Below are positions 26,052-40,040 of a stretch of 64,000 nt of DNA, in pieces. Made by a program: the position numbers and the translations under genes. The stretch lies in assembly GCA_043228905.1 (NCBI GenBank), contig JBHGNT010000021.1, positions 12,524,001 through 12,588,000 on the forward strand. Direction: 5' to 3'. Under the pieces are notes generated by a model that saw nothing but the letters and a program-made list of their open reading frames with translations, was not told where the DNA came from and did no database searches. The DNA comes from Azolla caroliniana (Eukaryota > Plantae > Polypodiophyta). Position 1 is the first letter of the stretch; every line of letters starts with the position of its first letter.

Positions 26052-29000
26052 TAAAAAAATCTAGTTATCTTATTGGTGATGTATCTTGTCTCTCAAAATT
26101 GAAGTCAAGGGTTCAATCTCAGAATTGGAATCTCCGTTTCTCTATCTATCTATCTATCTTCAATACTTTCTCTCTTACGCTAGTAAAACATCGAGTCCTT
26201 CCGGTCCAAGACCCCGCGCGGTCCTGCTTCATTTCGCAAACACACGAGGACTTCCTCGACAACATACATTGATGTTAGTAAATTGTGCATCTCATCACAT
26301 AGAACTACATCAAAATAAACAACAATATTCCATAAAAGTACAAAAATGGCCAATATAGAATTTATATCAATGGTTCATCTTTCTTCTAAAGAAGAGTTCT
26401 ACCATTTTTATTATTGTGTTGACTTTGAAACATCATTGAGTAGCATTATCTATTTTACAATAGCATATAAATCTCCTTGTGATATGTAGATGAGCTCAAC
26501 TGTTTGTTTGCATAAATGATTTTTAATGGAACGGGTGTTTCATAATGGTTAGATATGTATCCAAGTGAATGTGGTGCAATTAAGGGCACATGCCACATGT
26601 CACATGTCACATGGTATATTGTGTTGTGATCTAAAGAGCTCACTTTGCGGCCATGATTTACCCATTTCGCACTTGCTTTGGAAAATCAACTTTATTGATA
26701 TTATGGTTTCTATACGTAATAAAAAATAGCTTCTAATTATAGAGCACTAACTATATTATTGACAAACATCTTGAAACTAGCATTTCCATGTATAGGCTAA
26801 AATATTTTATGATTTTAATATTGTTTTTGTCTAATAGTATGTGCATTGTGCACCATTACAATTAATATTCTAAGGGATCACGTCGCATTATGCATGTTTT
26901 GGTTGTTAAAACAGATGTGGAAGCAGATATAAGTCGAGAAACTTGTGATCCCAACCAAGTATAATGTGAAAATCAAAGGTCGGTAGCAATGAAAATGTGA
27001 TGTTTTTGGTAGAGGAATGAGGATCATGCTCTCAAATGGTAGCCACATGCATATTTCATAATGTGTGTGGTGTGATTCATAGGTAATAATTGTGTCATAA
27101 GGTATAATGCAATGAAAAGGAAATAAGATTCACGTGTGGGGACAAGAGGCCACATGTGATATAAAAAAGTTAGAATGTCGATCGCTCCTTTTTGGTTGCA
27201 ACTTACCACATTGATAGTAGTACCCTTAGTTATTTTTAAAATGGAGCTTGTAGCCCTAGTCAAATAGTGGATAAGAATTTTGTGGGTAGTTCATTATGTA
27301 ATTAAGAGTATTAAGACAATCATCAACATTTTGAAATAAGTAATTTATTGTACGATTAGCACGGTAAAGAGCACTATGTATGCTAGCATATCTATTAGTA
27401 TAGTTTTATTACACTATTGTAATTGTGGTTATAATAGTAGCATCGTAATTATCAATATTTTATAATTGTGGTGATTAGTATAATTATTATCGTGTCTACA
27501 AATAGTTTATTCCTACTTCACCTAGAACCAAATCCAAATTCCTTTAGTTGACATTACATAATGCATTATATATTCATTTAAGACCACTCACCACTTGAAA
27601 CAAATCCTTATTAGCCAACAAATATACAAGTCGCCAAGTTGTATCTATATGCAAGGGAACGGTTGATTTTGTGCAAATGTGAAAATTGAAGCAAATTATT
27701 GTTAATAAGTATGTTAGAATTTATTTATTTTGGTGATATGTTTTGAATTGCCAAAGATAGGACTAATAGTGGCGTATAATACGAGGGTCTAAATGAGAAC
27801 AACGTATTTCACTATATTAATATCCCATCCTGATAATTTAATTTTTCTTATACCCCTTATCCATAAGAATGCAGAGTTTCTATTTGATAACCCTAATTGG
27901 CATTACCATACATCAAACTCAAGTTGGAGAACTAGAGAGCATAAACATTTTTTAATTCATTATCCTTGCATATTTTCCCTTTGTTCTTTAAATACAGTAA
28001 CATTAATAGAGAGTTAATTGAAATGAGGAGATAATTAACATGAGCATGCATGTTTTGTTTAGAAAAGCACAAAATGATGCGACAAGAAAGAGAACCAAGT
28101 GACATCATTTCCCATTCGATCCCATATTGGGCACAACAAACCATTTCAATGACTTGAAACCATGTAGTTTTAGGCCATTGGCCTATAGTGAACTTTCCTT
28201 TCTTGAAGTTCTCTTTGGGAAAACCTCTTTATGATTGTCTCCAATTTGCAAAAAAATAAATTTTGACACATCAACTTTATGTTGAGTGCTTTGGTGTCTT
28301 CATGTTTTGTACATGCTTTATCACGAGGGTTTTACCTCAATGGAGGTTTCCCACAAGTATAATACCAAAACCAAGGATAAGGGAACAAGGTGTTGAATTC
28401 TTATGTTGATCATGGCATGTTTGTTTGTATGTTGTTGTCGGTGGTTAAATTCATAACAATGTCACCATTCGACACTATTTCTAATTATTAAAACACGATG
28501 ATAAATTTGTGAGCGCAAGGGGAGGAGGGATGGGAGACAAGGGACTAAGAAAACTTGTCCGAATTCTACAAGTTTTTAATGAAATCGAACAAGATCTCAT
28601 ATACGACCATAAAACAATGTTCCTTTCAATCTAGCTGCATGTGATTGACACATGGCTATTTAACATTTTGAACTGTAAAATGCACGACTTTGGCATAAAG
28701 TGTGAAGTATTCCTTTTGATTTGCAAAATTCCCACTTTCTATATAAGTTTTATCATACCCTAGTGATTGAGTGGTGCATAGTGACTTATATCATTACGGT
28801 TTTTGTACTCTTTAAATTACAATCATTATAGAACTTGTGATCACATCAGTGGTCCTTTGATTCCCATGGTAATTTTATATGGTCATCACTAGACCCACAA
28901 GTGTGTGGGCTCATGTAAACCTATGAATGCGACCAAATCTGAACATACGAGGCTCAATCACAAGAAACAATTCAAGCTTCGATGCTTGAATTTTACATGC

Positions 29001-29080
29001 TATGCAATCCAATGGCCAACATTAACATGGATTTGTTAGGTACATAGGAAGTGATCCAAGTGCATAGGAAGTCAAACTAA

Positions 29081-29382
29081 CCCATGCCTTGAGTTTATAA
29101 GGAAAGTCTTAGCCACTCACACTAGGGTGTGCACTAGCGTGTGTCGCACGTGTAACTTCTTCTCATGGTGTCCAAAGATACATACAAAGTGGCGTCAATG
29201 TCTTGGGGCACACTTTTATAGTGACCCATGCCTTGAGTTTACAAGGAACGTCTTAGCCATTTGCACTAGGGTGTGCACTAGCGTGTGTCGCACATTTAAC
29301 TTCTTTCACATATGTAACTTCTTCTCGTGGTGTCCAAAGATACATGTACAAAGTGGCGTCAATGTCTTGGGGCACACTTTTA
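29081..29382. repeat. Direct tandem duplication, ~144-bp unit, upstream of the bHLH gene
   Basis: CCCATGCCTTGAGTTTA...GTCTTGGGGCACACTTTTA occurs at 29081-29220 and 29225-29382. Confidence 0.9.
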
Positions 29383-29815
29383 CAACTTTTACACACACAC
29401 TTGTGTTATTCTAATAGAGCTTTTTAAACTTCTTCTTGCATATCAGTTTGACCATCATCTCTTTCCAATGCTTCTTATGTCAAAAATATTAGAACTCTAT
29501 GTCATTAGAAATATTTTGACTATTAATCATAATGATCTAAATCCTATCCCTTTGTTTTTTTCCTTTAGTGATCTAAATCCAATCCACTTACTAGCCAGTG
29601 GATGTGTTTTTAGTGATAATTATATTCCTAAACCTTCTAAGTGTTTAGCTGATCTGAATGTTTGCAGATTAATCTGGTGCAATCGAGTTAGCGAAAACCA
29701 ATCTCCTTCTCCTTGTTGATTTAATCCTCACTACTAGTTTCAGGATCGACACTTGGCGTGATTTATATTGTCACAACCTGCAGGGGGGGACGAATCATTC
29801 TGATATTTTGTCATT

Positions 29816-30292
29816 ATGGCCCGAAGCTCGGAAAATCTCACAGATGGATTGGTTATTGTGGACCTTCATGGCAAATTAGGGACTAATATGCATGATGGAT
29901 CAGCACATAAAGACCATGAATCAGTGCTTAATCACGACATGGATCAAAATTTTCCCTCTTCACAGACGCCATTGTCACAAGGATTGCTTCCCAGGATTAA
30001 GGATATCAAACACATGAGGGTTAAGGAATCTTCCACTCTGTACAGGCGTGAATTAATGAAGCGACTATTGAAGCGCTCTAGCCGATTGATTAGTCAGCAA
30101 GTCTCGCAATCGGAGTCGGTGTCATTAATTAATAAGATAATTAGTCGAAACGATAATCGACGTTGGATCGTAAGGAAAGATGCCATTACCAATAAATCAA
30201 TAGACAGTAATTGCCAATCAATCTTACTACATGAGCTCCGAAGATTGCGTGATTTAGTTCCTCAACATTGCTTTGGTGACCTTGACTCCCAG
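29816..30292 (+). CDS. bHLH-ACT gene exon 1
   Basis: 159 codons ending HCFGDLDSQ|GTAATT. Confidence 0.8.
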
Positions 30293-32123
30293 GTAATTAA
30301 TTAATCCATGTCCCATGGCCAATTCATTACCGTGCTCATTGATTCATTCCCTAATTAACAACTTAGTTACTAATCAAGTTGCTAATAAGTAATTGATTAG
30401 TTCAAAATCTAAAGGAAATATGATTAGTTTTAGGATTAAAATTTTGAGATTATTGTGATATATTGTCCCTAGTCTCCTCATATCAAAGTTGTGATGTTTG
30501 AATAAACTACTTTCTTTTCCCAACATTGAATCAAAGAAAACCTTTAACCATAACGATTTCTTTAATTATTTCTTAATGAATGCAGCCATGTGTGATTAGA
30601 GATGCTTTGGCTTACTTGAATGCCCTCAAGCAAGAAATCAAAGAGCTCAAGAAGGCAATGGTCACAGATTCGGTAGCTCCCGTGGATGCAAAGGTAAATT
30701 TCCGGACTCGAAATTGGGCCTTGTAAAGAAATTGGCATACTTCTAAAAATTATCCTTGTATATGAATGAAGAGCTGTAGACAAAATGTTTGGCCGGAAGA
30801 CATGAATGGTGACTTAAATAATTTTAGTTCCCTTTGAAATGTTGTGCTCTAAAGTAATAATTAGGGCCCCCGACTAGGGTAGCCTCCAGCTTCAATCCAA
30901 TTTGGTCGAGAAAAACACCATTTAGAAGGTTTCCCTATGGGCGAAATAACTTTGGCATTGTTAATCATGCCAATGTTTGTTCATTTGTCACATGTATGTT
31001 CTACAGGTGAATGTTCAGAACAATGGGCAAAAGCTCGAGATAGTGGTTTTGTGCCACAAGAGACGAGGTTTGCTTGCCGATATTATGGTGGTGTTAGAAT
31101 CACTCGGCCTTGTCTTCGATGATGTGAATGTTTCTTGCAACCATCTCTTCCTACTTCAAGCTTCGAGCACCCAAGTGAGTAATAAACATTGTGTCCACAG
31201 TCCCAAACCTCACATGGAATATTGTATTCTAATGCATTACCATTTGAGAGTAATACTTATGTCACAATTAAAAGGCTATATAAATCCATTTGGCAACATT
31301 TGGACTCGAAATTCAACCTTGTAAGAAATGTCATGTCGTGGTAACATTTTTTACATCGTGGGGGGTTGGTAAATGTGGTGGGGGGGGGTTGATAAATGTT
31401 TAAGATGTTTAGCAAAACACTATCAAAGGACTTATCATCAAACATTTTAGTGGTAACATACCTTAAATTTCAAGGATTAGTCAAATCAAAGTTACAATGT
31501 TAAAGTCATAATTATTTTTCTCTTCAAAACAGCTTTAGAAATTGCCCAAGAGTGCCCTCATTCCTATCGGTCAATTGAGAATCGTTTGCATCTTTAAAGA
31601 CCGAAGATTGAGTCCAATATTTTTCGGTGCCTAACTCTAATATAATATGGTTTCACCCAATAAAGCACACACTCACATCAATGATCAAACATACATAGGG
31701 TAAATCGGGGCTTCTTTATTTCCAATAAGTGGCCCCATTTTTGGTAGGTGACATGAGTGTTTCTTGCTAATTATGCACATTTATGCATATGTGTACCACA
31801 AATACCATTGTCAATGTTATGATTCCGTTTATTCACTTGATTTCTTCGTTCATCTCACTTTTGTTTGCCATTTAATGCAAGATGTGATGTGCATGTGACC
31901 ATTTGCTCAAAAACCTTATTTTTATCTCTTTTTCTTATTTTCGTTTGTTTACATTCGTGGATTCGTGTGGGTTATTTTTCATTTCGCCTCATGTCAAAAT
32001 TGTGTACTAATGTTCCTTTTGTTTCATTTATGTTATTAGCAAAATGTTCACCTATTGGACGAGGAAGCAATCAAGGTGGCGATTTGGAATGTTATTCACA
32101 TGAACAATGCTTGCCCCAAATGA
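29816..32123 (+). CDS. Atypical bHLH protein with C-terminal ACT-like domain; 4 exons (29816-30292, 30586-30693, 31007-31174, 32040-32123), 278 aa
   Basis: All introns are GT-AG and phase 0. The spliced product reads helix1-loop LLHELRRLRDLVPQ, helix2 VIRDALAYLNALKQEIKELK, ACT-like VNVQ..IVVLCHKRRGLLADIMVVLESLGLVFDDVNVSC and final helix LDEEAIKVAIWNVI. An in-frame TGA at 29801 fixes the ATG. Confidence 0.85.
30586..30693 (+). CDS. bHLH-ACT gene exon 2 (helix 2)
   Basis: TGCAG|PCVIRDALAYLNALKQEIKELKKAMVTDSVAPVDAK|GTAAAT. Confidence 0.85.
31007..31174 (+). CDS. bHLH-ACT gene exon 3 (ACT-like domain)
   Basis: TACAG|VNVQNN...LQASSTQ|GTGAGT. Confidence 0.88.
32040..32123 (+). CDS. bHLH-ACT gene exon 4 (terminal)
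   Basis: Branch-like TACTAAT and a polypyrimidine tract, then TTAG|QNVHLLDEEAIKVAIWNVIHMNNACPK*. Confidence 0.75.
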   Translation, partial: QNVHLLDEEAIKVAIWNVIHMNNACPK

Positions 32124-33477
32124 ATGAACTATCAAACAATCTCTAAACTATTTATTTTATAACTAAACCACAATATGATGTACTATATTTATAGAAAGTA
32201 AGTCCCTACTACAATTTATTTATCATGTATTGGGCACCAAATCCATAATAGTTTCCGGATAAACCATCGCTACATACGCGTTGCCAACATCTTCAAGAAT
32301 TCTCCTTTCTCCTAGAAATTTTTATAATGTTGATTGTATTGAGGTTTTGTATTATCTATTGGTACTTCAAAATTAGACAACGGAATAAGTATTATTCCTT
32401 GGTAACTAAGAAGTTGCATTTTCAAAGTGTGTGATATGTACATGGTTTTTACAATCTTTGGAAATTTTGTTAACTACACATTCCTTTGCATCTTGTTTAT
32501 CTATTTTCTTGGGGTGATCCCTTTCTAGCAAAAGGGTTGTTGACCTTTCATGCTTGAATGGATCTTCCGATTTGTATTCTCTTAAAGATAAAAAGGTAAG
32601 CATCCTAAAGTGTATCCTCTTTGTGTTGATATACATATCACATATCAACGTTATAGAAAGGCAATAATACATGAAAATATACCGGGAATACTTTCATGCA
32701 TGAGGATCATCGCCTAGACATGTGGTTGATTGTCTCTTCTTGAAGGATCCTCAATAACCAATGCATTGCATGCATTCACAAACTTTACCAATGTTTTGCA
32801 TTTTATTGGGGATTGTGGGAAGCTTAATAAAGTTATGGTTTAACAAACTTTGTTATATATATAATTTATTCATAAGTGAATTTTGTATATTGTGAGACGG
32901 GGGGAGGAATTGGGGGCAGGTTGCAAACAGATTGTGGAACTTGGCAAGAAAGGAGTGGCAAGGGTGAGGAACAAGGGGCGGGTCGTACAGGGTGAAAGCA
33001 AGCTACGATGTACCAACTTTTGGCCAAAATTCTAGTACTAATTCGATGAGGAGAAAAAACATAAAAATTTGAAAATAATCCAATATTTGGGTCTAAAATG
33101 TTGATCATCACTTGTTATAAAATTAAAAGTCACATTCAATGAGTTTTGGGTTTTCAAACATTGCACATCCTTGCACTGTTATGTTTGTATCCAAGTGTCC
33201 CTTGTGTAATCAATTTCATTTGAGGTTGTTAGTTCACTCGGGGGCTTCATTGTCAAAACTTGTATGATAGCACGTGAGTTCATCAAAAGGGGTTTTAATT
33301 AATCAGTGAGATACAATATATATATATATATATAAGGGTATTAATAAAGATTTGAAAATATATTACATAATGGTATTATCAATTATGTTGGATTTTTTTT
33401 TTTACATAAGCCCATTAAATATTAGATATTTTAATGAGATAGTAAAGAATATATTATGCAAACAATACTCAAATTGG

Positions 33478-35096
33478 TTTTTTTTTTTCCAAAATAAAAC
33501 TCCTTCCATTAGTTATAAAATTTTACAAATGAGACGATTATGTACAAATCCCTAAAGGGACGCGATAGTTCCATCTTATGTGGATGCCCACTAACTCAAG
33601 AAAGGGAGAGGACGACCATTGTTGGATGAAGGCTATGCGTTGTCTTTCAGCACCCTCAAAGCCGCCCTTAAGGCCATCATATTGGCTCTTTAGAGTGGCT
33701 ACAATTTCACTCTATATCTCTTACAGTAACCTTGTTGGATGGGCGGTTTGGTTGGAGAAGACTCGCCTACATCGTTGTTTCCATAGAATCCAAAGGGTTA
33801 TTGGGCTGAGCAATTCCAACACCTCTTGAGATTTGTCATTAAGAGGAATAGAGTGGACATTGTCGCTAGAGGAGAAAATGACCTCTTGTGCTTTTATCAC
33901 CAAAGTCATCCCCTCCTCCTGATGCTCGTATCGGCCAATTGCAGCCTGCCATGATAGCCAACATATATTTCCCCACTTGATTGAACCTTGCACCTGGCAT
34001 AATTGCAACAAGCGGCCAACCCCCCGCCATATTTGATGGGATGTTGGGCAGTCCCACAGAGCGTGTCGTATGGATTCTACTACATGTGGGCACTCTACAC
34101 AATTAGGAGAGCTAAGGTTCCCACGTTGCCATGCTCCCACCGGTAGGGACTTATGTATTAACAACCATTGGAAATTGGTAATTCGCCTCGTGTGTTGTTG
34201 CTTCCAGATTTTCTACCAAAACTTGGTGATTATTGTGGAGGGAACTTGAAATGTGTGCCAGGCCTTCGCAGCAGCCGGTTCTCGGGCGGCTTGAGCAACT
34301 AGAATGTGGCGACCCAATCTAGTTGTGAATTGGAAGAAAGGGATGGGTTTGCTTCCTTGCCCCACGTAGGGATCACGCCATGTCCATTGCAAAGGGTCCC
34401 AATTGACCTTACGTAGCCATGTGTTTTCATGAGTACATATATGCCAATCGGGTTGTACTTTGATCGGATCAGGATCTACGATCCATTTATGACCAGTGTA
34501 CGCGAGTACTCGAATGACATTATTCTGTGTTGGTGTCTCAGTGTCTCGCAATTCAGGGCCTTCGAGTCTGTCTGGTGATCCCCTACCTCTCGGGATCAAA
34601 GAACCCTCCTCCTCGTGGCCTATCCATTTCTCCATTGTCGTCCTTTGAGTGGCATATTCCCTAATCAGTAGAGCGCTAATGATTTCCAATCTCATAGTCC
34701 ATCCGCCCCTGATTCCATGGAGTATGTTTGCCTGATCTTGTAGTGGCATTGACATAAACCGTCGCCAACATTCTATACTTTTTCCTAGACCTTCTGCAAT
34801 GTATCCCCATGACAACCCCTTACGTGATCCCAGTAGTTGATTAGATTCATCCTTGAGACATGGGTTCCATAGGATACGTTGACTGAGCCAAGCAAGTTCG
34901 GATCTCGGTTGATCACACTTGAGCCCTCGACGAATGTCACACCATGTCTTCCACATGGATGCATTGAATCTATCCTCCGATTGGCGGGAGAAACTAGGTT
35001 TGAGATCCATGTTTAGAATCCATCCCGTTTGGGGGGCCCAATTGACCCCTTTTCGTGGCCTAAAGTAAGCGAAACTTAACCTCAGTAGCATTTTCC
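33478..35096 (-). mobile_element. 5'-truncated L1-like LINE with poly(A) tail and TSD
   Basis: zf-RVT CVECPHVVESIRHALWDC and LWILWKQRCRRVF; T11 at 33478-33488; direct repeat AACAATACTCAAATT at 33461-33475 and 35097-35111. Confidence 0.92.
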
Positions 35097-36094
35097 AACA
35101 ATACTCAAATTTGAAGTCACATATATACATACATACATACATACATATATATGCATGCATCCATATATACTTACATTCAAATATTACGTCCATGAATATG
35201 TATATACATACATTACACCAATTTATACATGCATGCTGACTAAACATAAATATATGTACAAATATATATTACTATATGTAAATATGTACATACATGCATT
35301 ATATACTACATACATATTAGAATCGGCCATATATATTGACATACATATATACATAATACATACATAAAAATTACATATTACATATATACATACACATCCT
35401 TACAAACATATTTTATATATTACATATTACACACGTATATTATTATACACACAATTATATATAGATACAAATATACAAACCAAAACACACAAAAATAAAT
35501 TACATATTATATATATATACACATACATACACATATACACACATTCCATACATACAATACAATACAATATGTACATACATACACACACAAACATAACACA
35601 TGCATATATCACACATGCATATATATCTATATCCATGAATATGTATATACATACATTACACCCATTTACACTTGCATATTGACTAAACATAAATATATGT
35701 ACAAATATATATTACCATATGTAAATATGTACATACACATACATACATGCATTACATATTGCATACATATTAGAATCAACCATATATATTGACATACATA
35801 TATACATAATACATACAATAAAATTACATATTACATATATACATACAAACACACAAAAATAAATTATCTATTATATTATATATATATACACACATACACA
35901 TACATATTAATACCTAAGATTACATACTATATATATACAAATCTTCATACTTACAAACAAGTTACATATATTACATATATATACACGTGCACACACACAT
36001 AAATAAATTAGATATTACATAGCATATAATCCATACCTATTACACAATATACAAATTTACACATACATAAATTACTTATATACATATATAGATA

Positions 36095-36983
36095 CATAGA
36101 TTGAAATATTCGCATTCGTGGGGCCTGCCCCACGAATCCATACGAATAGGAACACGAATACACGTAAATATATTCGTTTTCTTCTTTTTTTTGAAATTAA
36201 ATAAAAAAATAAAAAAAATAAAATTGTGTTTTATTTACGAGCGAGTGAACAACGGCCAACAGGAAGCGAGGACGCCTCACCCTACTCCCTCTGCATGCTA
36301 CTTACACCCTCGCCTCCCTCTATATCCTGTTCTCGGTCAGAAATTAGGGTTTCGACAGAAAACCCTAATTTATGTCAAAATCCTAATTTCCACAAAATTT
36401 CTTCTTTTCGGCCTGCGTCATCGACTCCCTCTCATGCTCTACCTAATCCTACATCCTGTTGTCCGCTGCAAATTCAGAGTTTCACTGAAACCCTAAGTTT
36501 TGCCAAAGCCCTAATTAACTAATTATTAATGCATTAATTAATTATTAATTAATTAACTAATATTTTCCAATGAATTAATTAATGTGTTAATGAATTAAGA
36601 TATGTATTTGTAAATTAGTGAATCAATTAATGTTTAAGTGAATTAATCAGTTAATTGTAAATTAATTATTATATTAATGAGTTAATTAATTATTGATGTA
36701 TGTCTGTGTACACATATATGTATGCGTGTGTATATGTATCTATGTATGTATGTGTGTGTATATGTATCTATGTATGTGTGTATATATGTATCTATGTATG
36801 TGTGTGTATATGTATATATATGTTTGTGTATGTGTGTATATATGTATGTGTATATATGTATGTGTGTATATGTATATGTAAACGAATGGTTTTATAATAT
36901 TCTTAGGGCCATTTTCTATTCTCGAATACCACGAATATTACGGATGTCGAATCTCAAGAATATCACGCATGGGTCAATCTATG
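36095..36983. mobile_element. Non-autonomous hAT-type DNA transposon, copy 1
   Basis: TIR CATAGATTGA...TCAATCTATG; perfect 8-bp TSD TATAGATA; subterminal CGAAT/ATTCG repeats. Confidence 0.88.
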
Positions 36984-38085
36984 TATAGATATATTGCATA
37001 TGTACATACATATTCCACATATCACCATATATATGTATAGATTATATTGAACCATACAAACCACAATACTTATACACACACACACACATTAGATATGTAT
37101 ATGTATACTTACACATAAATAAATTAGATATTACATAGCATATAATCCATACCTATAACACAATATACAAATTTACACATACATACATTACATATATACA
37201 TATATATGTAGATACATACATAGATATATGACATATGTACATACATATTCCACATATCACCATATATATAGATTATATTGGACCATACAAACCACAATAC
37301 TTACATATATACACACGCACACGCACACACATTAGATATATGTATACTTACACATACATTGGATATATACATGTATAGTACGTACATATTACAAACATAC
37401 ATCCGTATACAAGCCATATACATATGTACTAAACATGAAAATATCCCAAAAATATACATACATAAATACATTACATATATATACGTACATACATTCATAC
37501 ATTTACATACATATGACCATACACACACACACTCACACTCACACACACACATACATTTGATATATACATACATATTTTGCACATAGTACAAACACATTCA
37601 TACTCATTGAATCATGTATATTGGCATATACATACATACATATTCCACATGTCACCATATATATATGTACATATGCCTATAATGTTATAAGTTTTACAAA
37701 CATACATCCATACACATATATACATACATTACATACATGCATACACATAAATATGTTACATACACATACATACATTACATATGTACATAGATATCATCAC
37801 AAACTACAATACATACATATATACATATACATACATAAATATTATGAACAAACATCCACACACTCATGTATGGATATATGCATACACTGTTACACATACA
37901 AACATACATACATTACATATTACATATATACACATATGTACATTCATACATACATACATACATTGCATATACATATATTACCATCACACAATCATATACA
38001 TTGAAACATGTACATTGTCATATATATGCATACACATATGTACATTCGTACATGGACATACCTATATTCATTTATATATTGTTAC

Positions 38086-38716
38086 CATAGATTGACACAT
38101 GCGTGATATTCGTGATATTCTCCATGCGCAATATTCTCAATATTTGAGAATACAAAATGGCCCCAAGAATATTAAAAAACCATTCGTTTTGTAAAATAAA
38201 TATAAAAAATAATTTATTTATTTAAATAAATGTATTTCACAAAAAAAAACAATTATTCATTAATAGATTATAGTGTCAAGAGAGTTTATAAAACTTATTT
38301 TAATTAATTAATTTTTTAAAAACGAATATTTTTATATTTATTATACAAATATGATTAGTATGAACTTTGAAGATATGATTAGTTTGAAGTACCATTTTTA
38401 ATGTAAAGATAAAATTATCCATAAATTTTGAGGAAATAAAAAGTGAAAAATTAATGAGCCTTTATTTTATTTCATTTATTTATTAAAAATAAAACGACTA
38501 TATATTTATTATAAAAATTTAGTAGTGTCAAGTCCCCAAAGTCCCTCTTTTATTATCCCTATTTATTGTTAAGTTCCTTTTTTTTTATCTTTGGAATTTT
38601 TTTTTTTTAAAGTTTTTTTTTTGGGGGGGTAAAACGAATACTTGACTATGCATTCGTATTCTTATTCGTTTGCATTCGAATAGGAAACCCCACGAATGCG
38701 AATATGTCAATCTACG
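38086..38716. mobile_element. Non-autonomous hAT-type DNA transposon, copy 2 (inverted relative to copy 1)
   Basis: TIR CATAGATTGA...TCAATCTACG; 8-bp TSD ATTGTTAC/ATTGCTAC; subterminal arms homologous to copy 1 but in reverse order. Confidence 0.85.
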
Positions 38717-39521
38717 ATTGCTACATATACATACATTAGAATCATGTACATTGTCATATATGGATATATGCATACACATATGTACATTCGTACATGGACA
38801 TACATATATTCATTTATACATTGATACACATATATACATAGATATTATGCACATATTACAATCACACATCAATACACATTGAATCTACACATACATGACA
38901 TATGCATATATGTATGTACATTCGTACATGGACATACACATACACACATACATACATATATTAGATGTATACACACACACACCTACATATAGTCTTTTAT
39001 ATATACACATACATTACATATGCATACACATATGTACATTCGTACATGGACATACATATATTCATTTATACATTGCTAGATATACATACACACATATATA
39101 TACATATATATTATGCACATATTACAATCACATCTCCATACACATTGAATCATGTACATTTGCATATGCATATATGGATACACATATGTACATGGACATA
39201 CATATATAGTCTTTTATACATTGCTACATGTACATACACATACTTACATATATTAGATATATACACACATACGTATATGTATATATTATACATACACATA
39301 CATACATATTACAAACAAATATCCACACACACATACAAATATATTCATATATTCATTCATTCATGTTTATTCATGCAAGCATACATATTTTATGCATACA
39401 TTGCATATATATATTCATTCATTCATATATGCATACATTATGTGCACATACATACATAACATACATTCATACTAAACATAACATTCAAACATTCATCTTT
39501 TTTTAATTTAGATTTTTGCAG

Positions 39522-39825
39522 CCTCCTCTTCTCTCCTCATTGCCACCATCGCCTCTTCTCCCCTTTTTGTTTCTGTCCTCGTTTTGTTGCCTTTGATCTT
39601 GTTTTGCTGCCTCCTCCTTTGCTCCCTCCTCTTCTCTCCTCATTGCCGCCGTCACCTCTTCTCCCCTTGTTGTTTTTGTCCTCGTTTTGCTGCCTTTGAT
39701 CTTGTTTTGCCGCCTCCTCCTTTGCTCCCTCCTCTTCTCTCCTCATTGCCGCCATCGCCTCTTCTCCCCTTGTTGTTTCTGTCCTCGTTTTGCTACCTTT
39801 GATCTTGTTTTGCCGCCTCCATTCT
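39522..39825. repeat. Pyrimidine-rich 103-bp tandem repeat, ~3 copies
   Basis: CCTCCTCTTCTCTCCTCATTGCC starts at 39522, 39625 and 39728. Confidence 0.9.
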
Positions 39826-40004
39826 CGTTTGGCCACCACCTCTGTTCTCATTTTGCCGCCGCCACTCGCCTTGTCGTGCCGCTTTTGCTCACCATTATTC
39901 TATGTCGGGGCTGCCACAACTACTCTACAAATATTTTATAGGTACACATAAGTACAAACATCATACATAATACCCACATACATAAACCAACACATAAATT
40001 CTTA

Positions 40005-40040
<36 letters not shown>

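Larger units (their letters stand above)
17739..26261 (+). mobile_element. Pol-less Phygy-like Gypsy derivative: gag plus acidic repeats, PPT, and 3' LTR (20527-21028 + 26052-26261) split by copia B
   Basis: Gag homologous to copy 1 (GQFNGRNIVEFLNAYKSEM; GLVTDWTTVKRAC). PPT TAAGGGTGGA, then TGTCGTGAAG at 20527. The LTR ends CTCGACA at 26261 with the family U5 motif GGTCCAAGACCCC..GGTCC. Confidence 0.75.

Noticed and set aside
26262-29050. Short ORFs in the AT-rich region upstream of the bHLH gene (likewise 13440-14570)
   Set aside because: No motifs, splice-consistent frames or terminal repeats that I could support.
34213-35247. 344-aa ORF as an independent gene
   Set aside because: Its N-terminus is microsatellite read-through across the TSD; the rest is LINE ORF2.
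36340-36515. AAACCCTA motifs as an interstitial telomere (also 3914-3923, 7705)
   Set aside because: Isolated single units, not tandem arrays; common telo-box-like words.
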